This document shows positions 40,530-54,135 of a stretch of DNA of 64,000 nucleotides, piece after piece. Each line of letters starts with the position of its first letter. Position 1 is the stretch's first letter. Both the position numbers and the translations under genes were made by a program. Source of the DNA: Eledone cirrhosa (taxonomy: Eukaryota); contig OZ024741.1 of NCBI GenBank assembly GCA_964016885.1, forward strand, positions 83,018,001 through 83,082,000, read 5' to 3'. The notes under the pieces are model-generated. The model was not told the origin of the DNA. It searched no databases and worked only from the letters and a program-made list of their open reading frames with translations.

Positions 40530-42565
40530 GATTCTTCTCCAAATCAGATCATAGGACATACAAATATATCCCTGATCAAATCAAACTTGCGCAATCAAGA
40601 CCAGGTCCTTATAGGACAACCTCCACCTCATGAGATACATCATGGAGAAGGTAGGGTGTAAACTTGGCTTCAGCTGGGCTCTGATCAATTGAGATAAATC
40701 AAACGCTTTCGATAGAGTCGACCATAGATTCCTGGAGGCTGTCCTGAAGTCTGCCGGCTTCGATCCCGTCATCAGTGACTGGATCGCTGCAATGCACAGC
40801 GGCATCTGCTCGCTGGTCAAAGTTAATTGCCACCTTTCAGAACCGTGTCAGATCTCCCGATCGGTCAGTAGATGATGTCCTCTCTCGTTCTTTCTGTATG
40901 TATTGACTTTCGAACCATTACTGTGGAAGACGGGACTGTTAAAGGGCATCCCCCTCGAACCGGACGTGAAAATGCCGTGTCGCTTAGGTAGTCGGCACCT
41001 ACTTGTAGGAATATGATAGGTTGACGGGAGCGAAATTATACCCACAAAAGTTGGTGGGCTTGCAGCTCAGCAACTGGAGAAGCAAGTATATGACGTACAA
41101 CAGCGTCGTCGGACGCCGAACGGACGGACCGGTAAAGTTGATTGCTTCGGACCAGACTCCGAGGTGGATGAGAACTGGGACAAGGTTACGATCAAAGTTG
41201 CCAATCAGACCCAGAAATGCGCCGATAGGAATCAATCTCTGGAAGGTCGGGTGAAGGTGGGGAACGCATACATTACGTCCGTCATATACTACCGCATGAT
41301 CGTTGTGCCTTGCCCCCGTTGGTGCGGCTTCTCTCCAAATTCTCGTGGGGGAGACATGTTCCATTGGTGAAGCGCTCCATCTGCTGCTAGCACCTTCTAC
41401 GCGGAGGGCCGGGCATGCCCTGTCTAATGATGCGCAAACATGCGCTGAGGCTGTGGCCTCTCCAGGTGAACAGGTGGCGTTGGCGTTTGTGAGACATGCT
41501 TTTCCGCAGCTCGTCTCTTTGACTGACCTGCAGTCCTGAGTTAAGAAGATACAAAGACGGAGCGCCTGGCATCTGAAATGTTGCCAGGCGCTCATTGCCC
41601 TCTACCAGGCGGGCAATGTTGTCAGTAGAACTTCCACTCTCGATTTCTATAGAGGTTTATTGGTGGGAAAGGTCGATGACGCACTCGGAGAGGCTCTGAG
41701 GATCGACCAATTCAAGGGAGAATGGACAATTTCTAGAAATACCTCGCTTAGCAGTGCTACCGTGAGAGGAGTGGGCACTGTCGCTTCGTGATAAACTCTA
41801 CAGGCACAGAAGTGCTAACAGACAACCTGCCCGACATGCGTGCAGAACAACAAAACTGTTCTGCCCGCACTCTTCCGGTGTATGTGCATTGCTGTTTTGT
41901 AGACGTATGTCGAACAGCTCATGTCACCTGTAGAACCGATCCGGGTCTGTAGTGTAGATCGATCCACCGCCTTCTTTTGGCCAAGAAGGCCAGGCAATTT
42001 TCCTCTGGTGGCGGTAGCGAAAGAGGTTCTGTGGTGGACCAGGTTGAAAAGACTGAAGACAGACACATTTCTCTTTGGCCAATCCTTCGTCGAAGTTTTC
42101 ATGTTTCACTTGGAAAGGAAGGTGAGGGTTGAGAGATAAATACTGTTCCCAGGTACATTTGCTAAATGGTGGGTGATGTGGCGAGATGGCTCTTTTGTAT
42201 AGGCTTACTCTGAACATGCGCCTGTAGGCTGGCTAATTTGAGGAGGAGAGGGATGCTATTACTGGGCACCCTTGAAGTGTCGGGAGGTTCAGTATTGGCG
42301 ATTAAACCCTGGATGCTTATCCGCCCTATTGGGCAACTTTATTGTTTGTATTTTTCATGTTTATTGTTGTTAACTTTGCCTTTCATCCTTACGTGGTCGA
42401 TAAAATAAAGTACCAGTAATGCGCTGGGATAATTGCTGGCCTTGTGCCAAAAGTAGAAACAATTATATTTTACTCGATTTTTTAGTGAAACCCCTACTGT
42501 CCTCGTGTATTTTATTGTCCGCCTCTATGTCAGCCATGGTGGCCAATAAAGGGAAGAATAATAAT
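40530..42565 (+). mobile_element. Tx1/L1-clade LINE, 5'-truncated and degenerate
   Basis: Collinear with 47220-49235 (DKSNAFDRVDHRFL, CPLSFFLYVLTFEPL, YITSVIYYR); ends GGCCAATAAA plus (AAT)n; SINE fragment nested at 42369-42465. Confidence 0.85.
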
Positions 42566-42568
42566 AAT

Positions 42569-42985
42569 CGAGGTTAACTTTGCCTCTCATCCTCACGGGG
42601 TCGATAAAATAAAGTACCAGTCGCGCACTGGTTTCGTTTTAATCGACTTTCCTCTTCCAAATTGCTCTATATAAGAAACCATTATTATTATTATTATTTC
42701 ATCCTTACGTGGTCGATAAAATAAAGTACCAGTAATGCACTGGGTAATTGCTGGCCTTGTGCCTAAAGTAGAAACAATTATTATTATTATTGGTGGTGGA
42801 TTAGCAGTATCGGTAGAGAGTCAGACGCCATTCTTTGCAGCACAGTTACGTCCCTTTACGAACTGAGTTCAAATCCCGCTGAGGTTAACTTTGCCTTTCA
42901 TCCTTACGGGGTCGATAAAATAAAGTACCAGTAATGTACTGGATAATTGGTGGCCTTGGTTCAAAAGTAGAAACAATTATTATTA
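42569..42985 (+). mobile_element. Cluster of three Nin/Deu-domain SINE copies (two 5'-truncated, one full length at 42791-42985)
   Basis: A-box TAGCAGTATCGG, B-box GAGTTCAAATCC, domain CTTTGCCTTTCATCCTTACGGGGTCGATAAAATAAAGTACCAG, end AAAGTAGAAACAATT(ATT)n. Confidence 0.85.
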
Positions 42986-43029
42986 TTGGAATCTCAGTCA
43001 TTATTGTTATTTAACTAGAAATGTTGTTC

Positions 43030-44070
43030 AAATGAACATCAAGCCACTACCGGGAGCTTCAGATAGTTAGGACGTATCGGAGGGTTCTTGCTGTTCTCAG
43101 CAAGAACGCCTTTTAAAGTTTTCCAAAAAAGGGGGCTGGACCTATGTTCGTTAAGAATTTTTGAAGACTCTAATGAGATAGTATCTAGTGTTCCTATGAA
43201 AATCGGCACCACTTTTATCTCTTTTATTAAATGACCACTTTAATTCCCACTTTAAATCGTGGTATCGGTTAATTTTCTACTTCTCCTTTTCTTGCACTCT
43301 TGTGTGAAAGGAGCAGGCTGCATCTACAATAATTATTATTATTATTATTTTCATTTATCTTGCTTTATGTTCATACTAGTTATCACCAAGTCACAACCAG
43401 TGACCTCAAGGGACAACAAGGTCCGCCATGTTCAAGAAAGAACACACATACACACACACGCATCTTTTGATGTTTAGACTTATGATGTACTTATATTGAC
43501 AGAAACTTCTTTAGTATATGGGCAGTTCCCATTAGTACAATCTTTCGTATTTCTTCTATACGCGGGTTTCCTTGGATTTGGGATAAGTAATCATTAGACA
43601 CCTTAGCTATCATTCCTAGAGCGCCTACAACCACTGGTATTGTTTTAATTCTCAACGTCCACATTTTTCCAATCGCTATCTCTACTTTCTCAATTTTTCA
43701 AATGTTTTTATAGATACATTCTTGTCTATTGGAACGGACATATAAATTATATTGAAATTATATGATCAAAGGTCTCTGGTTGTTTTTTAAATACACGGCA
43801 GAATGGGTTGCATCCATTCTTTCTGATGTTTGATTGATAATATTTTGTTGGCAGACACTGATTTTGTGCTGATATAATCAGTCCTTCAGTCTCTGATTTC
43901 ACTCCAGAGGATGTCAACCACTGATGGGTTAAAATGTTGTCAACATCAGGATTGTTAGCTCTTTCTTCGTATTTTATATACAGAGGCATTTCTTGCCATT
44001 TCTTAGCCAGTTTCTGTAGCAGTTCGTTCTTTGCAGTTACTTTTACCTGCTTTGCTTTTTACTTTATTAT
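43030..44070 (-). mobile_element. R4/Dong-type LINE 3' fragments (43330-44070 with (TAA)n tail; a further C-terminal piece at about 43030-43280)
   Basis: QWLTSSGVKSETEGLIISAQNQCLPT..CRVF..ETFDHII, IPVVVGALG, KIVLMGTAHIL. Confidence 0.8.
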
Positions 44071-44074
44071 CATT

Positions 44075-44310
44075 ATTACGGGGTGGTAAAATAAAATACC
44101 AATAATGCACTGGGTAATTGCTGGTCTTATGCCAAAAGTAGAAACAATTATTCCATGCTTTCCAGCATAGTTACGTCCCTTTACGATCTGAGTTCAAATC
44201 CCGCCGAGGTTAACTTTGCCTCCCATCCTTACGGGGGCGATAAAATAAAGTACCAGTAATGTATTGGGTATTTGCTGGTCTTAGGCCAAGTGTAGAAACT
44301 ATTATTATTA
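44075..44310 (+). mobile_element. Two truncated Nin/Deu-domain SINE copies
   Basis: Same central domain and 3' end as 42791-42985. Confidence 0.8.
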
Positions 44311-44374
44311 TTATTGTTGATGTTGTTGTTGTTGTTGTTGTGATTGTTATTATTATTATTATTTTTAGTAGTAG

Positions 44375-47300
44375 TAAAAAGAACGACCCGTATCCACATT
44401 TCCAGGATCCCACCTGGACTTGACATGTGGTGGCTTCTGGGATGTGTGATTGTGGAGGGGACGGATTCCGTCCCGATAGAAGTGACAAGAAAGGCCAGGT
44501 AGGACTGGCCCGGAGTTTACCTGGAGATACTTCTCAAGATCAGGCCCTAGAATGTGAAGACAATCTCGGACCACATCCGCCTTCAGAATGAGACGGTCAT
44601 TCATATTATGACCGAAGCTGAAAGGCCGCATTGTTTTGTTTGTGGGGGAAACACCCATTTGCGAGCCATCTACCCTCAATTGCTGAAAGATGCAAGGGGT
44701 CGAAGGGCTCCACTGCTGCCGACGCCGGAGCGAGGACCACAACCAACACCAGCACCGGAAAACCTCCAAAAACAACACAAATAGAAAGACCACCACCAAA
44801 ATGTACCACACAGGGAGGAAACGAGGAAAGTTGTCAAATCCCCCCCCCCCCCACAAAAAAAAATACACACATCAATAAAAACATAAACACACACACACAG
44901 ACACACTTACAGATACAGACCCCTCATCTACCAGTAGTGAAGATGAGGGAAAACCAAATTCCCCCAAAATACAAAAAAGGAAAAAAACTCAACAAAGCAC
45001 AAGATCACCTACGGTAAAAAAAAATCGAGACACCGCCCACGCAAAGATCTCTCCAATAACACTGAAATCAGCACCATTATCACCATCACTAGAATCACCC
45101 AAACGGAAACAATCTAAACAGATGAACGAACAAATACACACACAAACATCTGAAACCACAGACACCGCACTCACAACAAACACAGACACAACCGAAACAA
45201 CAGCACGAAAACCATGACCACCACAACCATGCAAACAAATAAAATCACACCAAAAAAACATACAAAACCTCGTGCTCGTCAGGAGGGCCAACAAGGAAAT
45301 GATGGCCTCCGTAGCACGAAGTGAAAATATACAAAAAGAAGAGGACATTTTTAAATCGAGAACATTTCGCGTGCCGGAAGATTTGTTTCTGGTGCGAATG
45401 TCGTTCGAGTTATACAAAGAGATAGGAGACAGCTTTCTTCAGGACGTGGGAACCCCGAACGTAAAACCCACTTCAAGACTTTTAAAGGCGTTCCCAAAAG
45501 AAACCACACCAACTACGGAGGTCGAACCACCCGTCCTTCACAAGAGTCCGGAAGCTAAGTAAACCTTTCCTCTCTCTCTTTTAACATGCCAACATGGCCG
45601 TATTAAGAGTAGGAAGTTTAAATGTTCGAGGACTGGGATAGTCCTGGTAGCAGGGTCACCTGCTGAACGACCTCAGGTCTCTAGAAATGGATGTAATTGT
45701 TGTCAGCGAGACCAGGAAACCGACACGCGCGCACTATCGCCCATTTTCGACGACTATCAGATCTTTGCATCTGTTAGTCGGCCGGAAATAGGAGGTGGGA
45801 TGGCAGTGTTGTTTAGGAAAGACCTGGATCTCGAGGTAAGGTCGATCTTCCGGGACCCAGACGGGAGGTTGGTGGTCCTGGACGTGGACAATAACGAACG
45901 TGGTGTCTTTAGACTGGTGGCCGTCTACGCCCCTACTGACGCAAGACGGCCGGACTTCTTTAGACGCCTGGAAGCCTTTCTGTGTACATCTCGCCCTTTA
46001 CTGTTAGCGGGGGACTGGAACGGCATCTTAGACGCATGCTGGGACTGTGTGGGAGTATCCGATAGGAGCGGGGGGTGTAAAAGCCTCAAGAACCTGATCA
46101 GCTAGTTCCAACTGTTTGACAGGTACCGACTAGATTTCCCTAATGCGCCAGTGTGGACCTGGACTAACCGCATAGGATCATCTAGATCGTATATAGACAG
46201 GATATTCATTAGGAAAATAGACAGAAATAGTGTAAACTGACCACGTTTTAAAACGGTCGCCTATTCAGATCACAAGTTTGTGATCTGTATGGTCGACCTA
46301 GATAAGACTCGTAGGTTAGTACCTGGTTACTGGAAGCTAAACATACCATTTCCGGCACATAACGCTTACAGGGACCAGGTCAACAATTTAGTTAAGAGAA
46401 AGTTGACAGGGGCAGTCGTCAACAATAGATGGTGGGAGGGGGGCTCTCAAAAAAGAGATTAGAGTAATGTCGATAAAGTTTAGCAAAGAAGTAGCGTTAG
46501 AGAAAAATAGAAAGGAGGGGGAGTTGGGAGATAAGTTAGACGAGGCTATTGGTAGTGGCATTGCAACTGACGTGCTAGCGGCGAGAGTGGCATTAGACCA
46601 TTTCTTCAATGCAAAAGACGAAGTTTGCATTGTCAGAGCTAAGGCGTGTGCTATGAGAAACGAGGTAACCAAAGCTGTTCGATGGGCCCGCTTGGCAGAG
46701 GCGCAGCGTGGTAATAAAACCACTATTTGGTCTATGACGGACCGAGATGGACACGAGCTGAACGATTCAAAGCGGATGTGTGAGGCCTTTCGCCAGCATT
46801 TTGCACGGTTGTTCGGGGGAAGTGGCGCATCAGAAACGGTGGCGGACTTCAGTCCCTACCTCGATGGTTTGCCGCAATTCTCGACGGCCGAAGCTGGGCG
46901 CTACGAAAGGGCGATTACTTCAGCCGAGATTCAGGATGCCCTTGTCGGCTGCATGGGGCGCAAGTCATCCGGATTGGATGGTCTGCCTTACGAGCTTCAC
47001 GTAAATATGCAAGACTTGTTCTCCAAATTCCTCAAAATGCTCTACTGCAACTGGCAGCAGAACCGGAGTATTCCTAGTTCTGTGAACCGAGGCGTAGTGA
47101 CGTTGATAAGGATAGACAAGAACAAGAGGGACACATGAGACAATTTCCGGCCCATAACTCTGCTCAACACAGAGTTTAAAATTTGGCCAGGGCGTTAGCG
47201 AAGAGGTTGGCGCTTGTCGTCGGCATTTGGTTGGGGAGGCGAAAACTTTCGCAATCCTAACCAGGTCCATACACGACAACCTCCACCTAATGCGATACAT

Positions 47301-49235
47301 CATAGAGAGGGTATGGTGAAAACCTGGCTTCGGTGGGGCTCTGATCAATTCAGATCAATCGAAAGCATTCGATGGGGTCGACCATCGATACCTGGAGGTT
47401 GTCCTCAAGGCGGCTGGCTTCGGCCCCGTCTTCAGGAGCTGGATCGCTGCAATGCACAGCGGCACCTGCTCGGTGGTCAAAATTAATGGCCACCTCTCGG
47501 AACCGTTTCAGGTCTCCCGATCGGTCCATCAAGGGTGCCCTCTCTCCTCTCTTCTGTACGTATTGACTCTCGAGCCTTTACTGCGGAAGGTGGAGCTGTT
47601 GCAGGGCATCCCGCTCGATATGGGACGCGGAGACGCTGCGTCGGCTTATGCGGAAGACATCACCGTGATGGTGTCGGATACCTCAGAAATCGAGGTGGTC
47701 GGCAACTTATTGGATGAATCTGAAAGGTTGATGGGGGCAAAACTTAACCCTTAAAAGTCCGTGGGCTTGCAATTCGGCACCTGGAGAGGCAAGTCCATGC
47801 CGTCCAAGAGCGTCGTTAGGTGCTGGACGGACGGACCGGTAAAGTTGCTCGGGGTTTGGTTAGGGCCATACCTGCAGGTGGATAAGAATTGGGACGACGT
47901 GACAGGCACGGTATCCAGTCTCACCCAGAAATGGGCTGGGATGAAGGTATCACTGAAATGTCGGGCGGAGGTGGCAACGCATACATCGCGTCCGTCATCT
48001 ACTATCGTCTGACTGTCGTCCCTTGCCCCCGTTCGTGCCTCGCCATCTTGGAGCGGCTCCTCTTCAAATTCTTGTGGAGGGGTCAGGTTCCGCTGGTGAG
48101 GCAGTCAATCCGCAGCCAGCACCCTCTACGTGGAGGGCTGGGCATACCGTGGCTAATGAGACGCAAGCCGGGCTGAGGCTGCGGCATCTCCCGATATTCT
48201 GCCTAAACGGTGAACAGGTGTGGCCGCCGTTCGTCCGCAGCTCGTCTCTTTGACTGAGCTGCAGTCCTGTGTCAAGAAGAGACCGAGACTGGGTGACTGG
48301 CATCTGGAATGTTGCCAGGCACACACTGCCCTCTCTCAGGCGGGCCATGCGGTCAGTGGAACTTCCACTCTCGAGTTCTATATAGGATTAGTGGTGGGGA
48401 AGTGCGACGTCGCACTCGGAGAGGCTCTGGGAGTCGACGAAGTCGAACTAACCAGTCTGTTCCGGAGGACTTTCAAGCCGGGGACGATGGATAAATTCCA
48501 AAAATCCCTCGCTTGGCAGTGCTACCGGGGGGAGATAAACTCTACAGGCACGGAAGTGCTGTCAGATGGACCTGCCCAAGATACGCGCGGAGCGACGAAA
48601 CCATTCTGCACGCACTCGTCTAGTGTCCGTGCATTACCGACTTGTGGAGTAAATGTCGAACAGTTGTCGCGTGTAGAACGGATCCGGCTATCGGCCCAGT
48701 CCATAGTGAACATCGACCAGCCGCCTGCCTTTAGCCAGGAAGGGCAGGCAATTTTCCTCTGTCTGGCGGCAGGAGCGAAAGAGATTGTATTGTGGATGAG
48801 GTTGAAAGGACTGAAGACAGACAGTGTTCTCTTCGACCAATCCCTCATTAACTTTTTCAAGTTTCACTTTGAAAGGAATGTGAATGGGAGAGAGAAGTGC
48901 TGCCCCTCAGTACATTTGCTGAAAGGTGGGTCAATGTGGCGAGAATGGCTCGTATGAGTGGGCCTACTCTGGTCATGTGCCTGTAGGTGGGTAAATTTGA
49001 GGAGGAGAGGGATGCCTTTCCAGGGTGCCCTCGAAGCGTCGGGTCGTTCAGGATTGGTGGGGTACTTGAGTGAACCCTGGGTGGTAATTCCCCCTATTAG
49101 GGAATTTATCTTGTATTTTTATTGTTACTTTGTTACTGTTATTCATATTGTTTACTCGATTTTTCTGTAAAACCCCCACTGTCCCAGTCTTTTGTATGGT
49201 CCCCTATATGTCGGTCCTTGTGGCCAATAAATGAA
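44375..49235 (+). mobile_element. Tx1/L1-clade LINE with partial ORF1 and complete but disrupted ORF2
   Basis: ORF1 remnant with degenerate zinc knuckle CFVCGGNTHLRAIY (about 44630-44675), stop at 45562; ORF2 follows; 3' end GGCCAATAAATGAAAT. Confidence 0.9.
45594..48986 (+). pseudogene. Tx1-type ORF2 (APE endonuclease plus RT) with multiple stops and frameshifts
   Basis: MAVLRVGSLNVRGL, VYAP, LLAGDWN, YIDRI, SDHK, GYWKLN, KSSGLDGLPYE, FRPITLLN, DQSKAFD, VHQGCPLS, AYAEDIT. Confidence 0.92.
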
Positions 49236-49350
49236 ATATCCCGCCGAGGTTGACTTTGCCTTTCATCCTTACGGGGTCGATAACATAAAGTACCATTAAT
49301 GCACTGGGTAATTGCTGGCCTTGTGCCTGAAGTAGAAACAATTATTTTTT
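49236..49350 (+). mobile_element. 5'-truncated Nin/Deu-domain SINE
   Basis: ATCCCGCCGAGGTTGACTTTGCCTTTCATCC..GTAGAAACAATT. Confidence 0.8.
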
Positions 49351-49352
49351 TT

Positions 49353-49393
<41 letters not shown>

Positions 49394-50819
49394 TGTAGTA
49401 CTAGTAATAGCAACAGCAGCAGTGTTAGTAGTAGTAGTAGATTTTGTAGTAATAATTGTTGTTAGTGTTGGTAAGGACGCCGTTTTTGTATTTTCTATTG
49501 ATGGTGGTAGGGACCCAGTTTTATAGTTGTTGAAGTTCGTCGTGGTGTCAGTGGTAATGAAGAGAATGACATTATTATCGTTGTTGCACTTTTTTAGGGG
49601 CTTGGGTGTGTTAATATCGCAGTTGTTTAGTTGGTGGTTGATGGTTGCGTTTTTCTCTTTATACTTGTGGCGAAAATGTTGGTTATAGTGTTGGTGTCGG
49701 TTTTGGTATTGTATACGATGTTGAAGATGCTGGTGGTGGTGTTGTTGTTCTTCGTGGTTTGGTTAATGTTAGTGGTGGTTGTTTGAGCAGGGGTAGAGTA
49801 TATATTGGGGAATGGTGTCTTTATATGTTTGAAAATAACTCAAACAAATGACTATGATTTCAATAAAAATGTTTCGTTAACATGCATTTAAAGAGCTAAA
49901 AATTCAACACAAAAGATGCTACTTTACTTTCAATTAACATTCTGATTTGTATGTTTCTGCCTTTTTTGTGATATTTGTATTCATTCATTCATATTTTTAC
50001 TCATTGATTCATTTTATCATTTTGCAGGATTTATTTCTCAATATCAATAATTCTTTATTTTATCTTACATTGATGAGAAATCGATATTACTGCCAACATC
50101 CTGGTTTCAAACAAAAGAAATGTTCAAGAATTTTATTTTAAAAAGAATGTTGTTTGTTTCATAATTTTAAAGTTTTCTAGATTTTATTATGAGAAAACAT
50201 AATAATGTACCGAGACGTCAGGTAAGGATTGTCGATTCCTAGTCTGAACGGATGCTTAGATTTTTGGTTCCTTTTCAGAGAAATACTCATTTGTTTCGGG
50301 GAATAATTCATTGTTTAATATTGTAATACGGTTTAATAATTTTGAATATTCAAGTTTTTATATCAGAAACTATACTAAATCATCGACACACCAGATTCAC
50401 ATATGGTATTTGAGCCTAAGTATATGGCTATAATGTTTGGTTTTCAATGTTCATATATCAAGCGTTCTTTCAATAAATTATGATTTGTTTTTCAAAATGT
50501 TAGCACGACTTGATAATTTGATCTTATATGAAAAAACAAACAAAAAAAACTACCAATGCCCCAAGACGCCGAACAAAAGTTTTCGAGGTTGAACGAATGC
50601 CTACATGCTGGGTTTTTTTCTGTTCTTATTTTTTAATTTTCATACAAGAAAACTGTTTCATCTAATTATGCTTTCTTAAAAAATATTAGCATGATTTATG
50701 AATTCCACGTTTGTCACCCTCTTCGTGTTGGGCGCTAGAAACTGATTTCAACCAGGCGAAGGACAACAACCCTAGACCAATGCATACGCAAGACGAAGAA
50801 GAAGCATGATTTATTATTT

Positions 50820-51012
50820 TCTCGGTGAATTGGCAGTATCGGTAGAGGGTCGGACGCCATGCTTTGCAGCACAGTTACGTCGCTTTACAGACTGAGTTCA
50901 AATCTCGCCGAAGTTAACTTTGCCTTTCATCCTTACGGGGTCGATAAAATAAAGTACCAGTAATGCACTGGAATAATTGCTGGCCTTGTGCCAAAAGTAG
51001 AAACAATTATTT
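50820..51012 (+). mobile_element. Full-length Nin/Deu-domain tRNA SINE
   Basis: A-box TGGCAGTATCGG, B-box GAGTTCAAATC, central domain, ATT tail; highly similar to 42791-42985. Confidence 0.85.
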
Positions 51013-51339
51013 TCTATTGTTGATATAAGAAACCATAGTTATGTACGAAATTATCAGATTATTGGAATTGTATTTTAGGATTCGTTTGTCGATGGATGAT
51101 TATATTTTTATTCAGATTTTTGTGTTGAAAAGGAAACGATATATTAATAATGTCATAGTGTCTAGATTTAATAAGAAAATCATAGTTATGAACGAAGATA
51201 TGAGAAAAGAATATTGGGGTTCTCGTCTTAACAGAAGCCTTCATTTTTATTTTCAATTATTGTAAAGGTGTTTTTCTTCTTATGCTTCTCCTCCTCTTTA
51301 TACTAAACCTCCCCTTCCGCTCCCCCTCCCCTACTCCAT

Positions 51340-51560
51340 ATTCTTCTTCTTCTTCTTCTTCTTCCACTTACTCAGTGAGTGGGTCGTGGGTGCAGAGTCC
51401 TCAAACACTCCTTCCAGCAGGTCCTTTCAGAAGCATCCCTCTCCAATTGATTGGGCTGTATCCCTAAGTGAGACCAGCTGACCTCATGGATATTATCTAA
51501 CCATCTTGCCCGAGCTCTACCTTGCCGGTTGGTTGTATCCACCGTCTTAATAATACCGGT
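51340..51560 (-). mobile_element. RTE LINE 3' tip with (GAA)n tail
   Basis: RQGRARARWLDNI..W..LGIQPNQLE..W; (TTC)n at 51340-51365. Confidence 0.75.
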
Positions 51561-52957
51561 TATTGTAGACTTTGTTGAGAAATTATAATCTACAGAGACA
51601 TCAAGTAAGAATTGAAATCTGAACGGATTCATACAATTCTCTTTTCCTTTTCATAGAAGTACTCATTTGTCTCGGGGGAAAATTTCCGGCAGGTATGTCC
51701 GAATATTTTATTATAAGAAAACATAATATTACACCCAAAATTCAAGAAGACAATGCTGATTTCGAGTCCAAGCCTATAACTACCTATTTCTTTATTTCCT
51801 CAAATCATATTTGTTTTAAAATGTTAGCATGGCCTAATTTCGAATGTTGGAATATTGTAAATCTTATAAGAAAACTTAATAATGTATCGAGACGTCAGGA
51901 ATGGTGTGTGATATATCGAATCTCAGCGAATGTCTATATTATTTTTATATTTTCATATAACACTTTATTCAAAATATTAGCATGTTTTATTAGCGTCAAC
52001 GTTTGAGAAACCATACTAATACACCAAGATATATGGGAGAAATATTAGGTGTCTGGCTTAAAATAATGCCTAGATTTGGTTACTTTTCAGTTTTATATAA
52101 TATTTCTCTTTGTGCGAAAAGTGTTATATTGTTTGTAAGTGTTGTTAGCATTGTTTGTGCGTCCAGAAATGATTATGTGTGTGTTCCTTTTTTACGTGAC
52201 CAGCTTTTGTTTCAATGAATACATCATTTGTGTTAAAATTTAAAATATAAAAACTATTGGTTCAAGATGGAACACATGATGACGCTAATCCCTAATAATG
52301 TAATGTAAATGTCTTTAGAACGCTTGCTGTTTTTTTCTTTCAAATGATGTGTGTATGGCATGAATATTTACACACTCAGCTTTGTATATTATCGGATATA
52401 GTTTTCAATCTAAATGCCTAGAAGGGAAAAGAAATAATTCAAGTATAATAAAGTTTGGTGATTGGTTTCAAATCAAGTTAAATATAAACTACGCGTTGAT
52501 ATTACAATACCTGTTTAGAATAGCTCTTTTAGTCACGGAGCATATGAGAGTAATCATTATTCCATAATTTTTTTACAGCTTTCAGCCATTTAAATTGCAG
52601 TAATGATGTCATAATGGATCATGCAAACCATAGCACTTATATGTTTAACTGATATTTTTTTATCAAATGCTTTCTCTCGAACCACTAAATTATGGTGCAT
52701 AAACACAAATGCACACATGAAAACAGCCTCCTATCCATCCATCCATACATATTCATATGTTAGACTGAAACTTCAATCTCTATTTCTCAATATAAACATT
52801 CTGCATATTATGCCAACAACGATCAAATATCAGTTTAATACAAACTTTTTACACTCAATATTTAATACAGGTAAAGTTAGAGAACTCAAGAATTTGCCGC
52901 ACCCACTGAAATAATATTACTCGCCTTCTGGCTATATATATATATATATATATATAT

Positions 52958-53100
<143 letters not shown>

Positions 53101-53204
53101 AGTACGCACTACCGATATATATATATATATATATGCACACAGGTACTCACTGCCCATATGTATATATATATATACATATATATATTCACACAAGTACCCA
53201 CTAC

Positions 53205-53257
<53 letters not shown>

Positions 53258-53258
<1 letters not shown>

Positions 53259-53906
53259 CGTTTCTGAATTTGTTTAGCAAGATTCTTTATCTGAAATCGT
53301 GTGTTGAAACCGATATTGTTATACTTTGGGAGGGTCATGTTGCCAATAGAAAATATGAGTGGAACAGCAACATCACAACTTACAATTAAGGAATCATACA
53401 TGAAAACGCACACAGGACAAAATGAAAAACCCACACACACATAGAACAAACAACTTACAATTAAGGACAAAATGAAAACACACACAGGACAAAATGAAAA
53501 CACACACACACATAGAACAAACAACCAACCAACAATAAATAAATAAATAAATAAACAAATAGATAAATGAACACAAACACACACAGACACCCGGATGTGG
53601 CGCATGCGCAAACTGAGCACACAACACACACACAGAAACAAAATGGCGTAGGATAGAAGAAAGGAAAGGCACAGAAACAAAGGAAAGGAATCCCCAGTCA
53701 CTGAAGAGGTCACAGAGTGTGTGACGAAAGGACTATGACTATATATAAACAACTATCTGATTGTGGAACCAACCAACCAACCAACCAACCAGAAATTTAT
53801 AAGTTTGTAAATTTGTAAATTTATAAATTTATAAATATATAATAAATTGAAGTGAAAGCAACTGGTGCGTGTGTTTCTTATTGGCAACATGACCCTCCCA
53901 AAGTAT

Positions 53907-53913
<7 letters not shown>
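53258..53913. mobile_element. Non-coding element in (TA)n with ~40-bp inverted ends (53314-53353 / 53875-53913) and an internal hammerhead
   Basis: ATTGTTATACTTTGGGAGGGTCATGTTGCCAATA and its reverse complement; internal short tandem repeats at 53370-53520. Confidence 0.7.
53696..53740 (+). ncRNA. Minimal type I hammerhead ribozyme, canonical core
   Basis: AGTCA-CTGAAGA-g-GTCACA gagtg TGTGAC-GAAA-ggac-TA-TGACT; stem I (5 bp) and stem II (6 bp) are perfect. Confidence 0.82.
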
Positions 53914-53960
<47 letters not shown>

Positions 53961-54010
53961 GTACTCACTACCCATATGTATATATATATATGCACACAAG
54001 TACCCACTAC

Positions 54011-54135
<125 letters not shown>

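Noticed and set aside
42791-42885. A-box/B-box sequences as tRNA genes (also 50820 and about 1000-1045)
   Set aside because: No cloverleaf; they continue into SINE bodies
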